Below are positions 10,016 through 19,036 of a stretch of 47,430 bases of DNA, in pieces. The stretch is from the NCBI GenBank assembly GCA_016927185.1, contig JAFGND010000028.1, positions 1-47,430 on the forward strand, given 5' to 3'. Numbering within the stretch: position 1 is the first letter of the stretch; each line of letters starts with the position of its first letter. The position numbers were made by a program, and so were the translations under genes. A model generated the notes under the pieces. It had not been told where the DNA came from and ran no database searches. It was given only the letters and a program-made list of their open reading frames with translations. Source of the DNA: Candidatus Coatesbacteria bacterium (GTDB lineage Bacteria; JAFGND01).

Positions 10016-10046
10016 CTTGACGCAAATAATTACTTCATGCGTCAAG
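10016..10046. promoter_or_regulatory. Perfect 9-bp inverted repeat CTTGACGCA-N13-TGCGTCAAG (operator or hairpin) overlapping a -35-like TTGACG
   Basis: Read directly in the intergenic gap upstream of the ABC ATPase; function inferred. Confidence 0.45.
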
Positions 10047-10084
10047 ACATTCATAACAATATTTCCTCTATGTGAAAGGCAAAT

Positions 10085-11122
10085 ATGGCCAGGGTTATTT
10101 TTAAGCAAGTCAACAAAACTTTTCCAAATGGCAAAGAGGTACTGAAAAATATTGATTTAGAAATAAATGATGGAGAGTTTTTTGTCCTTGTGGGTCCATC
10201 TGGTTGTGGCAAATCAACAACCTTGAGACTTATTTCAGGTCTTGATGAACCAACAAAAGGAGAAATATATTTAGATGAAGTACTTGTAAATCCCCTTCCT
10301 CCAAAAGACCGAGATATAGCTATGGTATTTCAAAATTATGCTTTGTATCCCCATATGAGCATAAGAGAGAATCTTGCTTTCGGACTAAAAATAAAGAAAA
10401 AACCTAAAGATGAGATTGAACTGGCAGTCAAGAAAACCGCTGAGTTATTAGGTATAGAAGAACTACTTGATAGAAAACCAAGACAATTATCAGGAGGACA
10501 AAATCAGAGAGTTGCTGTTGGAAGAGCTGTAATAAGACAGCCAAGGGTTTTTCTTTTTGATGAACCACTTTCCAATCTTGATGCAAAGCTTCGTGGTCAA
10601 ATGAGAATTGAACTGAAGAGAATTCATAACAGATTGAAAACAACAATGATTTATGTCACTCATGACCAGATTGAGGCAATGACTCTTGGGGAGAGAATAT
10701 GCATTCTTAATAAAGGTGAAATCCAGCAAACAGATACGCCGATGAATGTCTACCAGAGACCAGCAAATACTTTTGTTGCTCAATTCATAGGAAGTCCTCC
10801 AATGAACATTCTGAAAGAATACAGTAAAATTGATGACAAGATTATCAAATTCAGTTGTGAAATCCCTAAAGGAGCTCATCAGTTAGGGTTCAGACCTGAA
10901 GATACTCTTTGGGAAAGGGAAGGAACTGGATTGCATTTAACGGCCAATCTTGAAGGTATTGAAACAATAGGCCGGGAAGCGATTTATCACTTTAATTTCA
11001 TTGAATCCAAAATGCAGATCAAGAAAGACTTCAATCCAGAAATAATTGAAGGTAATGATTACTGGCTTTTCATTCCTGAAGATAACATTCACTGGTTTGA
11101 CGATAAGGATATCAGGATATAA
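10085..11122 (+). CDS. Sugar ABC transporter ATP-binding subunit (MalK/UgpC/MsmX family)
   Basis: GPSGCGKST, VFQNYALYPHM, LSGGQ, DEPLSNLDAKLR, VTHDQ, FVAQFIGSP. Confidence 0.95.
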   Translation: MARVIFKQVNKTFPNGKEVLKNIDLEINDGEFFVLVGPSGCGKSTTLRLISGLDEPTKGEIYLDEVLVNPLPPKDRDIAMVFQNYALYPHMSIRENLAFGLKIKKKPKDEIELAVKKTAELLGIEELLDRKPRQLSGGQNQRVAVGRAVIRQPRVFLFDEPLSNLDAKLRGQMRIELKRIHNRLKTTMIYVTHDQIEAMTLGERICILNKGEIQQTDTPMNVYQRPANTFVAQFIGSPPMNILKEYSKIDDKIIKFSCEIPKGAHQLGFRPEDTLWEREGTGLHLTANLEGIETIGREAIYHFNFIESKMQIKKDFNPEIIEGNDYWLFIPEDNIHWFDDKDIRI

Positions 11123-11683
11123 TTATTTGTATTGTCTTCCTCCAGAAACTCCAAAACCTACAAAAATTCTCATTCTTGAAGGTTCATCAGGAAACGAATT
11201 TCCCATGTAACCTTTTTCTTCCCATTCCTTTCTTATATCATCATATTTCTTGAAAGTATGAACATATCCAATACCTGTATCAATATAAAACATGGAGGAT
11301 CTTCCCAGTTTGAAGTCAACTCCCCCGAATATCCCTATCCCAGGATACATTTTTCCATCTTTTATATCAACATCTTCTGGAATAACGATAGTTGCATAAT
11401 TCATGTAAAATGCTGATAATTTAGGTCTTACGCTGCTATGTTTCTCTGCAAAATATCCTGTCAAACCACCATTAAATCCAGCTCCTACACCAAGATAGCT
11501 TCCTGCTGCATCTAATGAAACATATTCATATCCAAAGCTTCCTCTTATTCCACCGCCTCCATATGAAGGACCTATTCCAAGTCCTATCGAATAGAAGTAT
11601 GGATAATTATCTGCCGGGATGTCTCCTTCTTCAGCAAAAGAATATGCTGTTACAAACAAAACCATTATTATGACTGTTTTCAT
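11123..11683 (-). CDS. Secreted protein, possibly a small outer-membrane beta-barrel
   Basis: ATG 11683 with GAGG SD; signal peptide MKTVIIMVLFVTAYSFA; alternating Gly/aromatic strands. Confidence 0.6.
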   Translation of the reverse strand: MKTVIIMVLFVTAYSFAEEGDIPADNYPYFYSIGLGIGPSYGGGGIRGSFGYEYVSLDAAGSYLGVGAGFNGGLTGYFAEKHSSVRPKLSAFYMNYATIVIPEDVDIKDGKMYPGIGIFGGVDFKLGRSSMFYIDTGIGYVHTFKKYDDIRKEWEEKGYMGNSFPDEPSRMRIFVGFGVSGGRQYK

Positions 11684-11942
11684 TTTTTCCTCGCTATTCA
11701 AACGCTTTTCATTCCAAGAGGAGCAATACCAGGAGGGTATGCTTAATAAATAATTGCTTGAACATATCATAATTATATTGGTTTTATGCAATGAATTTTT
11801 TAAAATATGCTCTATATCTTTTCATTATATCTTTTTAATGATAATACTTCTTTCTCTTTAAAAAAGTCTTGACATGTTTTTTCAAATAAATTTCGTAGTT
11901 ATTATGAACTTTTGAAAAAGTGAGCCTTCAAAGCAATAAGGA

Positions 11943-12194
11943 GTGGAAATGAACAGATTGGAAGTAAAAAATGAAATGATGCAGGTAATAATTTCCATTG
12001 ACAAAAGTTTATATAATACTTTTAAATACTACAGTGACTTTCTTGAAATGGATTTAGATAAATTTCTTACAAAAGTTGTAGAAAAAACCTTGTTTGAATT
12101 TGTTATCGAGATACCAGCAGAACCGGAAGTTCTGGAAAGAGAAAAACAGAAAGTCAAGAGGAATATACTTCAAAAAATAACAATTGATATTTAG
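11943..12194 (+). CDS. Small hypothetical protein, possibly ribbon-helix-helix
   Basis: AAGGAG SD (start GTG 11943 or ATG 11949), upstream TTGACA at 11869; strand-helix-helix pattern. Confidence 0.55.
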   Translation: MEMNRLEVKNEMMQVIISIDKSLYNTFKYYSDFLEMDLDKFLTKVVEKTLFEFVIEIPAEPEVLEREKQKVKRNILQKITIDI

Positions 12195-12218
12195 GAAAGT
12201 TATTTTTAAGGAGGAGGA

Positions 12219-13064
12219 ATGCAAAACGAAAATGATTTACTGAATGCAGTCATTAGCAGGGATGAAATAAAGATGAAATCTCTCCTTGATAATGGGGCTG
12301 ATGTCAATGTAAAGATATGGGATAGCAATCTTCTTATAAGAGCAATCATGAGAGGTTACAAAGATATTGTAGATTTATTGATTTATTATGGAGCTGATGT
12401 TAATGACAAGAATCAGCTTGGTGAAACCCCATTAATGATTTCTGTATTGCTTTATCAAAAAGAAATAGTTTCACTTCTTCTTGATAGCGGGGCAAATATT
12501 CATGAGACAAACAAGAAAGGAGAAACAGCATTTGATATAGCAATCAGGAATAATTACCTGGATATAGTTCATATGATAGAAGATACGCAAGGAAAGGAGG
12601 GCTTTATAACATCAGCATTATGTGGTGATTTATATACAATGAAAAAAATGTATAATGAAAAAATCAATATCAACATAAAAGACAAGCATGGCTTCACCGC
12701 ATTAATGAAAGCATCAGCATCAGGATTTGAGCAAATTGTTGATTTTCTCCTTGAGAAAGGAGCAGATGTTAATATACTAAGCAAGGATAGAAGCTCAGCA
12801 TTGAGATTTGCTGCAGGTTATGGTCATAAAAAAATAGTAGAGAAACTCATTTTTAAAGGTTCAAATATAAATATCGCAAACGAATTCGGGCTTACTCCCT
12901 TGATGTATGCAGCACAATATGGACATATGGACATTCTCTCAATTCTTATTGCAAATGGAGCTGATCCAACGCTAAAAAATATAGATGGTCACAGTGCACT
13001 TAAGAAAGCTGAAATAAAAGGTCATACAGACATAGTAGCTTACTTAATGAAGCAAGCATCCTGA
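12219..13064 (+). CDS. Ankyrin repeat protein
   Basis: Repeated GADVN...G.TPL/TAL motifs; AGGAGG SD. Confidence 0.95.
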   Translation: MQNENDLLNAVISRDEIKMKSLLDNGADVNVKIWDSNLLIRAIMRGYKDIVDLLIYYGADVNDKNQLGETPLMISVLLYQKEIVSLLLDSGANIHETNKKGETAFDIAIRNNYLDIVHMIEDTQGKEGFITSALCGDLYTMKKMYNEKININIKDKHGFTALMKASASGFEQIVDFLLEKGADVNILSKDRSSALRFAAGYGHKKIVEKLIFKGSNINIANEFGLTPLMYAAQYGHMDILSILIANGADPTLKNIDGHSALKKAEIKGHTDIVAYLMKQAS

Positions 13065-13069
13065 GAGAA

Positions 13070-15661
13070 TTACTTTTTGTATATGAAACATTCTCTGGCA
13101 GGTTCTCTCAGATTATAAGTGGAACTCATCGCTCTACCATAAGCTCCTGTAGTTCCAATCAATATCAAATCTCCTTCTTCAGAAGGAGCAATGTATCTGG
13201 AATAACCTAATGTATCTCCTGATTCGCAGATAGGTCCTACAATATTAGCTGATAGAGTTGGTTGAATATCTGCTTTTGACAAATTCATGATCTCATGATA
13301 TGATCCGTATAATGCTGGTCTTATCAGTGAATTCATTCCAGCATCAACGCCAATATAGCATATTTCACCCTTGGTTTTTATTTGAGTCACTTTTGTTATC
13401 AATGCACAACATCTTGCAACAATAAACCTTCCAGGCTCTATCCATATCTTGTAATCTGGATAGGCTCTCTTGAATTTACTAAAACTCTCATCAAGAGACA
13501 CTAAATCCAAAGGTTTTTGTCCCGGTTTTTCTGGAACTCCAAATCCTCCACCAAGATCTAGAATTTCAACATCACCTATTTCCTCAGCTACTGACGACAG
13601 GAAAACTGCTGTCTTGCTCCAGACTTCATGAGAAAGAATTCCACTTCCTGAATGTGCATGCAAGCCTTTTATCTTCAGTTGTTTAGATCTTATTAGTTTA
13701 AACAGTTCTGCCAGCTGAGATCTCGGTATTCCAAACTTTGACATCAAACCTGCCGTATGAACATACTTATGGTGACCATGACCTTCGCCAGGATCTATTC
13801 TTAGAATTATTTTTTTATCATGAAATAGATCACCCCATTTTTCCAGAGGATAGAGATTATCTATTGTTACATTAACTTTATGCATAAAGGCAAATTCATA
13901 TTCAGATCTAGCTACAAAGTTGGGAGTGAATAATATCCTTTCAGGATTTATTCCCTTGAAAATTTCGATGACATGTCTTATTTCCCCTTCTGATACGCAT
14001 TCAAAGCCAAATCCTGCATCATATACTTTCCCAAGAATATCCTTGTGCCAGTTGGCTTTTACAGAATAAAACACCTCATCAACATTCTTTAATGAAGATA
14101 CCTCATTTATTACATCTTCGAGAGTCTCCTCATCATAAATATAAACAGGAGTTCCCTTGCCTGCTATATCTATTATTTCTTCTCTCTTCTTCAACCACCA
14201 GTCTGGTTGGTTATAAAGTTCTTTGCTTTCCTCTTCAGCAAAAAGCTCTCTCCATGTCTTCCCGAAATACCTGTCATTCTTTCTTTCCCTGAACAGTAGC
14301 TCATGCAATAAACCTGCAAGACGTTCTGCCTGGTCCTCATCAACTACGAAAGTCAGGTTCAGGTCATTGGAAGCCTGAGTGACAAGATATATTTTCTGCT
14401 CCTCGAATACTTCGAGGGTATGCCCAATTTTATGGAGAATTGATCTGATATTCTTGCCAACTAAACTTACTGAGGCACAAGGTGCTATGATCCTGACCTT
14501 GCAGAATTTATTCAAATCAGCTACAAGAAAATCTATCAAATGCTCCATCGAATTTGCCCTCTGATCAAGTGATACTGTTACATTTGTTTCTGAAGTGGAA
14601 ACCAAATCGATTGAGATTCCATATTTCTTGAAGCAATTGAAAATATCTGACAGAAAACCTGATTGCTGCCACATTACTATGCTTTCCATGGAAACAAGAA
14701 TTATATCATATTTCAAGGAAATCGCTTTTACCTGGCTTGCAGAACTCTCCCCTTCTGAAGTAATTATTGTGCCTTCGATTTCTGGATTCTGAGTGCAAAA
14801 AATCCTCAGTGGGATTTTGTATCTCCTTGCTGGAGAGATACATCTTGGATGAAGAACCTTTGCGCCCATTGCTGAAATCTCCTGTGCTTCCTCGAAACTA
14901 AGGAATTTGATTAACAGGGATTCTGGAATCTGTCTAGGATCTGCAGTATACATCCCTGGAACATCTGTCCAGATTTCCAGATGAAGTGCACCTATTTTCG
15001 CTGCAATATATGATGCTGAAACATCAGAACCACCCCTGCCAAGAAGAACAGTCTCTTTCAGACTATTGCTGGCAATAAAACCCTGACATACAACTAGATC
15101 CGTATTCATTAGATTCAGGCAATTTACAAAAGCTTCATCATGCGAATAATCACAACAGGCAGATAAATACCTGGAAAAATCATTTGAATATTCATCCTCG
15201 CTAACAAGAAAATCCCTTATATCAATCCATTTTGATTTAATGCCGGTTTTCTGTAAAAACGAAAAACCTATTCTGGTGAGCATCAATTCACCGAAGGACA
15301 AGAATTGAGCTTTAAGTCTTGGGCTGACTTCCCCTATCAATGAAACTCCCAGACTTAGTCTTGACAGGCATTCGAAATCATTGGATATTTTTTCATCCAA
15401 TTCAATATCCAGTTGTTCAGAAAGGTTTTCATGCTCATTTCTTATTATATTCAAGGAATCTTTGAATTTTCCTTTCAAAGCTTCTTCCAGAAGATCTTCA
15501 AGTTTGTTTGAAATCCCGGTTATTGCTGAAAAAACAGCAACAACCTTGTATCCATCAAGTATTCTTTTCTTTATGACAGAAGCAATAACCTCCCAGTTCT
15601 CTCTGGAGGCAACACTTGTGCCCCCAAATTTCAATACTATCCATTTATTAGTCTTGTTCAT
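13070..15661 (-). CDS. lysAC: Bifunctional aspartate kinase / diaminopimelate decarboxylase (LysC-LysA fusion)
   Basis: KFGGTSV, LGRGGSD, WTDVPG and ACT domains, then YSVKAN (PLP lysine), HAHSGS, DLGGG, EPGR, VGPICESGD, GAYG. Confidence 0.93.
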   Translation of the reverse strand: MNKTNKWIVLKFGGTSVASRENWEVIASVIKKRILDGYKVVAVFSAITGISNKLEDLLEEALKGKFKDSLNIIRNEHENLSEQLDIELDEKISNDFECLSRLSLGVSLIGEVSPRLKAQFLSFGELMLTRIGFSFLQKTGIKSKWIDIRDFLVSEDEYSNDFSRYLSACCDYSHDEAFVNCLNLMNTDLVVCQGFIASNSLKETVLLGRGGSDVSASYIAAKIGALHLEIWTDVPGMYTADPRQIPESLLIKFLSFEEAQEISAMGAKVLHPRCISPARRYKIPLRIFCTQNPEIEGTIITSEGESSASQVKAISLKYDIILVSMESIVMWQQSGFLSDIFNCFKKYGISIDLVSTSETNVTVSLDQRANSMEHLIDFLVADLNKFCKVRIIAPCASVSLVGKNIRSILHKIGHTLEVFEEQKIYLVTQASNDLNLTFVVDEDQAERLAGLLHELLFRERKNDRYFGKTWRELFAEEESKELYNQPDWWLKKREEIIDIAGKGTPVYIYDEETLEDVINEVSSLKNVDEVFYSVKANWHKDILGKVYDAGFGFECVSEGEIRHVIEIFKGINPERILFTPNFVARSEYEFAFMHKVNVTIDNLYPLEKWGDLFHDKKIILRIDPGEGHGHHKYVHTAGLMSKFGIPRSQLAELFKLIRSKQLKIKGLHAHSGSGILSHEVWSKTAVFLSSVAEEIGDVEILDLGGGFGVPEKPGQKPLDLVSLDESFSKFKRAYPDYKIWIEPGRFIVARCCALITKVTQIKTKGEICYIGVDAGMNSLIRPALYGSYHEIMNLSKADIQPTLSANIVGPICESGDTLGYSRYIAPSEEGDLILIGTTGAYGRAMSSTYNLREPARECFIYKK

Positions 15662-15733
15662 ATCCCACTTTCCGTTTTGTACCGCTCTTAAGCCATTATT
15701 TATCCTGTCAAGAGGAACAATGACTGTTTCCAG

Positions 15734-16243
15734 TTACCATTTGTTAAAATGAATTCTTGAACTATCGTATCTGTCAGCCAGGGTTTTCTCTTCATCAGGA
15801 TAACCAAGTGCCACAAGTGAAAAAGGGATAATTGTCTCTGGAAGATTAAACAACGTCTTGAAGCCCTTTATCCTTTTTTCAACTGGATAGACTCCAAGCC
15901 ATACGCTTCCCAAACCCATAGAAGTTGCAGCAATTAGCATATTTTCTGTCGAAGCTGAACAATCCTGGGGAAAAAAATTAGTAATTCTTTCTTTTAATAA
16001 ATCAGCACAAACAAGTATGGCTGCTGGTGAAGAATAAAGCATTTTGGAATACTCATGAAAATCTGGAATCCTGTTCAGCTTTTCCCTCTCTGTTATGACA
16101 AGAAATTGCCATGGTTGCTGATTTCCTGCTGAAGGGGCGTACATGCCTGCCTTGATTATTTCCAGTATAATAGATTCTTCTATTTCTTTGTCCTTGAATT
16201 TTCTTATACTTCTTCTCTTATAAATGCTTTCCATTGATTCCAT
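15734..16243 (-). CDS. Nitroreductase family protein
   Basis: RRSIRKF, APSAGNQQPWQF, GLGSVW, LGYP. Confidence 0.93.
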   Translation of the reverse strand: MESMESIYKRRSIRKFKDKEIEESIILEIIKAGMYAPSAGNQQPWQFLVITEREKLNRIPDFHEYSKMLYSSPAAILVCADLLKERITNFFPQDCSASTENMLIAATSMGLGSVWLGVYPVEKRIKGFKTLFNLPETIIPFSLVALGYPDEEKTLADRYDSSRIHFNKW

Positions 16244-16252
16244 TTCTTCTCC

Positions 16253-17110
16253 CTATTCAAATGAATGTATTAGCTTTCTTAATTTGTCCTCATCTGGTAT
16301 TCTTCTGAATAATGGCAAATCATTATTCCTGTATATTCCCAGATTATCCTCGAAAGCATTTCTTTCGTTTATATAAAAAATCCCAAGTGCCAGTTTGTCT
16401 TTCCCAATTGCCCTATCAAATGCTTTCAATCTATCTGTATAATCAAAATCCTCTTCCAGATAATAAGTATTCTCCCTGAACCATGAAAAAGTGTTAACTT
16501 TGTTGAAAGATACGCAAGGATGCATCATATCGACAATAGACAATCCCTTATGATTGATAGCTTTTTTCAATATCTCCTTAGATTTGTCAATATCACCGCT
16601 GAAGGCTCTGGATACAAATGATGCATTCAGACTTATAGCAAGAGCAACAGCATTAAAAGGTTCTGATGAAACACCATCCTTCTGTATTTTGGTTTTGAAA
16701 CCTATCTGACTAGTTGGCGAGGCTTGCCCTTTTGTCAGTCCATAAATCATATTATTGTGTATCACAACTGTTATATCAGGATTTCTTCTGATTGCATGTA
16801 GCAGATGATTACCTCCTTCTCCATACATGCAACCATCTCCGCTTTCAGCAATAACTACAAGATTTCTGTTAGATGCTTTTATTCCTGTAGCAGGGGGAAT
16901 AGATCTTCCATGCAATCCGTTAAAAACATTGGACTTAAGGTAATGAGGAATTTTCGCTGCTTGTCCAATTCCAGATACTAGAACAAGATTTTCTGGAGAA
17001 ATATCTAGTTCATCAAGAGCATTTTTTAGTATATTAAGAATGCTGTAATTACCACATCCTGGACACCATGCTATATCAATGTTACCTAAATCATATCTTG
17101 TAGGTTTCAT
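16253..17110 (-). CDS. 2-oxoacid:ferredoxin oxidoreductase beta subunit
   Basis: WCPGCG, GLHGR, GDG...NN TPP-binding motif, [17 protein letters not shown]. Confidence 0.93.
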   Translation of the reverse strand: MKPTRYDLGNIDIAWCPGCGNYSILNILKNALDELDISPENLVLVSGIGQAAKIPHYLKSNVFNGLHGRSIPPATGIKASNRNLVVIAESGDGCMYGEGGNHLLHAIRRNPDITVVIHNNMIYGLTKGQASPTSQIGFKTKIQKDGVSSEPFNAVALAISLNASFVSRAFSGDIDKSKEILKKAINHKGLSIVDMMHPCVSFNKVNTFSWFRENTYYLEEDFDYTDRLKAFDRAIGKDKLALGIFYINERNAFEDNLGIYRNNDLPLFRRIPDEDKLRKLIHSFE

Positions 17111-17111
17111 T

Positions 17112-18818
17112 TCAACTCCTTAATGCTATTCTAAGGTTTTCTTCTATTTCCTCTTTCGAGAATGGCAAACCATTGGATTTCAATATCCTTTTTTCAATAT
17201 TGATCCCAAACTCAAGCTTGAGAAGCCTTCCTAGTTGACCTGTTTCATTGTTCTCAATCAAGATTATTGTCTTGTTTTTCAGATACTCAGGAATACTGTC
17301 ATGCAAAGGATATACCTGTATCAGATGCATCAAGGCAATATCCTTGAATTCTTTATTCTTCAATGCTTCTGCTATCACATTGAATGTAGAGCCCCATGAA
17401 ACAATTACATAATTCCTATTCAAATCACCAAGTAAAACTGGGGGTATTATCGCTTTTTTTATTTCCTCTATTTTGGATATCCTCTTCCTGTTCATCTCTT
17501 CTCTTATATCTAGATCTTCTGTAAGATGTCCAATTTCATCATGTTCATCACTATCAACAACTACCAGACCTTTCCCATATCCCGGAACAGATCTAGGTGA
17601 AATTCCATTTATGGTTAATTCGTACCTTTTATAATCAAGATTACTCTCTATTATACAAGATTTATTTCCTGTGTCAGGAATATCAAGTGTGTCTGGTTCA
17701 ATATCATAATATGTATCAAGGAAGTATTGATCAGTAAGTATGAAAACAGGTATCTGGAATTTATCAGCAAGATTGAAAGCCTTCTGGGTAATACAAAAAC
17801 CGTTTTCAAGTGTTGATGGAGCAAAAATTATTCTTGGAAATGAGCCATGACCCGAATACAGAACCATTTCAAGATCTCCTTGCTCTGTTCTTGTAGGAAG
17901 TCCAGTAGCAGGACCTGGTCTCTGTCCAATATGAATAACAAGAGGAGTTTCTGTCATACCGCAGAGACTCACTCCTTCAATCATAAGAGCAAATCCTCCT
18001 CCAGAGGTTGTTACCATTGATCTGGCTCCTGCATAAGAAGCACCAAGACTCATATTTATTGCACTTATCTCATCCTCTGCTTGTTCAGCAATTATCCCAA
18101 ACTCCCTTGATTGCTGAGAAAGAAAAGTCAAGACACCTGTAGAGGGAGACATAGGATATGAGGCTATGAAATTACATCCTCCTGCAATAGCACCCAGGGC
18201 AATTGAATCGGTTCCGCTAAAAAGCAGATTTGTCTTCACGAATTCCTTTTTCTCAATATTTATCTTTATTTGTTTTAACGATATGCCTTCTGCCATGCCT
18301 GATCTTATAGCTTCAATATTCTTCTTTATTACTTCATTATCCTTTTTTCCGAAAAAGCCTTGTATGAATTCCTCTGATATAGATATGTCTGTATCAAGCA
18401 TACCAAGCATAAGACCCGCAATAACTATATTAGTATATATATTGCCCCCAAGTTTCCTGGCAATTGAAGAGAAATCAATTTCTATAATGTTTTCATGATC
18501 AGGATAGAAATTGCCTTTCTCACCTATCATTATTGTATCTCTTGATATTCTTTTCAATAGGTGACTGCTATACCCTTTATCCAGTGGAAAAAGAATATCT
18601 ATCTTGTCGCAAAACGAATTTATGCTTATATCAGATACTATTATTTCAGATGAATTGCATCCTCCCCTTATTCTCGACATATATTCCTTTGTAGCAAAAA
18701 CATTGTATCCATTTTTCTTGAGAATTGATGTCAGTATGCTTTCTACTGTACTGACTCCTTGTCCTGCTTGACCGCTTATGACTATTATCAACTTGTTATT
18801 GAATTCATTAACTACCAT
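17112..18818 (-). CDS. 2-oxoacid:ferredoxin oxidoreductase alpha subunit (gamma-alpha fused)
   Basis: [44 protein letters not shown] 18818 has a GAGG SD (track start 18830). Confidence 0.93.
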   Translation of the reverse strand: MVVNEFNNKLIIVISGQAGQGVSTVESILTSILKKNGYNVFATKEYMSRIRGGCNSSEIIVSDISINSFCDKIDILFPLDKGYSSHLLKRISRDTIMIGEKGNFYPDHENIIEIDFSSIARKLGGNIYTNIVIAGLMLGMLDTDISISEEFIQGFFGKKDNEVIKKNIEAIRSGMAEGISLKQIKINIEKKEFVKTNLLFSGTDSIALGAIAGGCNFIASYPMSPSTGVLTFLSQQSREFGIIAEQAEDEISAINMSLGASYAGARSMVTTSGGGFALMIEGVSLCGMTETPLVIHIGQRPGPATGLPTRTEQGDLEMVLYSGHGSFPRIIFAPSTLENGFCITQKAFNLADKFQIPVFILTDQYFLDTYYDIEPDTLDIPDTGNKSCIIESNLDYKRYELTINGISPRSVPGYGKGLVVVDSDEHDEIGHLTEDLDIREEMNRKRISKIEEIKKAIIPPVLLGDLNRNYVIVSWGSTFNVIAEALKNKEFKDIALMHLIQVYPLHDSIPEYLKNKTIILIENNETGQLGRLLKLEFGINIEKRILKSNGLPFSKEEIEENLRIALRS

Positions 18819-19036
18819 TCTTAACCTCATTGTCTAAGTGATGTTTCTTTTTCTCTCATGTATGAGATATTTGTCAAGATTCTTGTTAGCTCAATGCAGA
18901 TTAATATAATATCTGGATTGTAAATTATTCAACCAGGATATATTTTATTTATGTCCTGCAAAAAACAGTTGACAGAAAATTTAGACAGACTTTTTAACTC
19001 TACTTGAATCAGGCAAAGTTGAAAGAGGGATTTTTT

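Noticed and set aside
11722..11743. Hairpin AGCAATACC-AGGAG-GGTATGCT as a CsrA site or small RNA
   Set aside because: A single short hairpin, with the GGA loop on the strand opposite the adjacent gene's leader; insufficient support.
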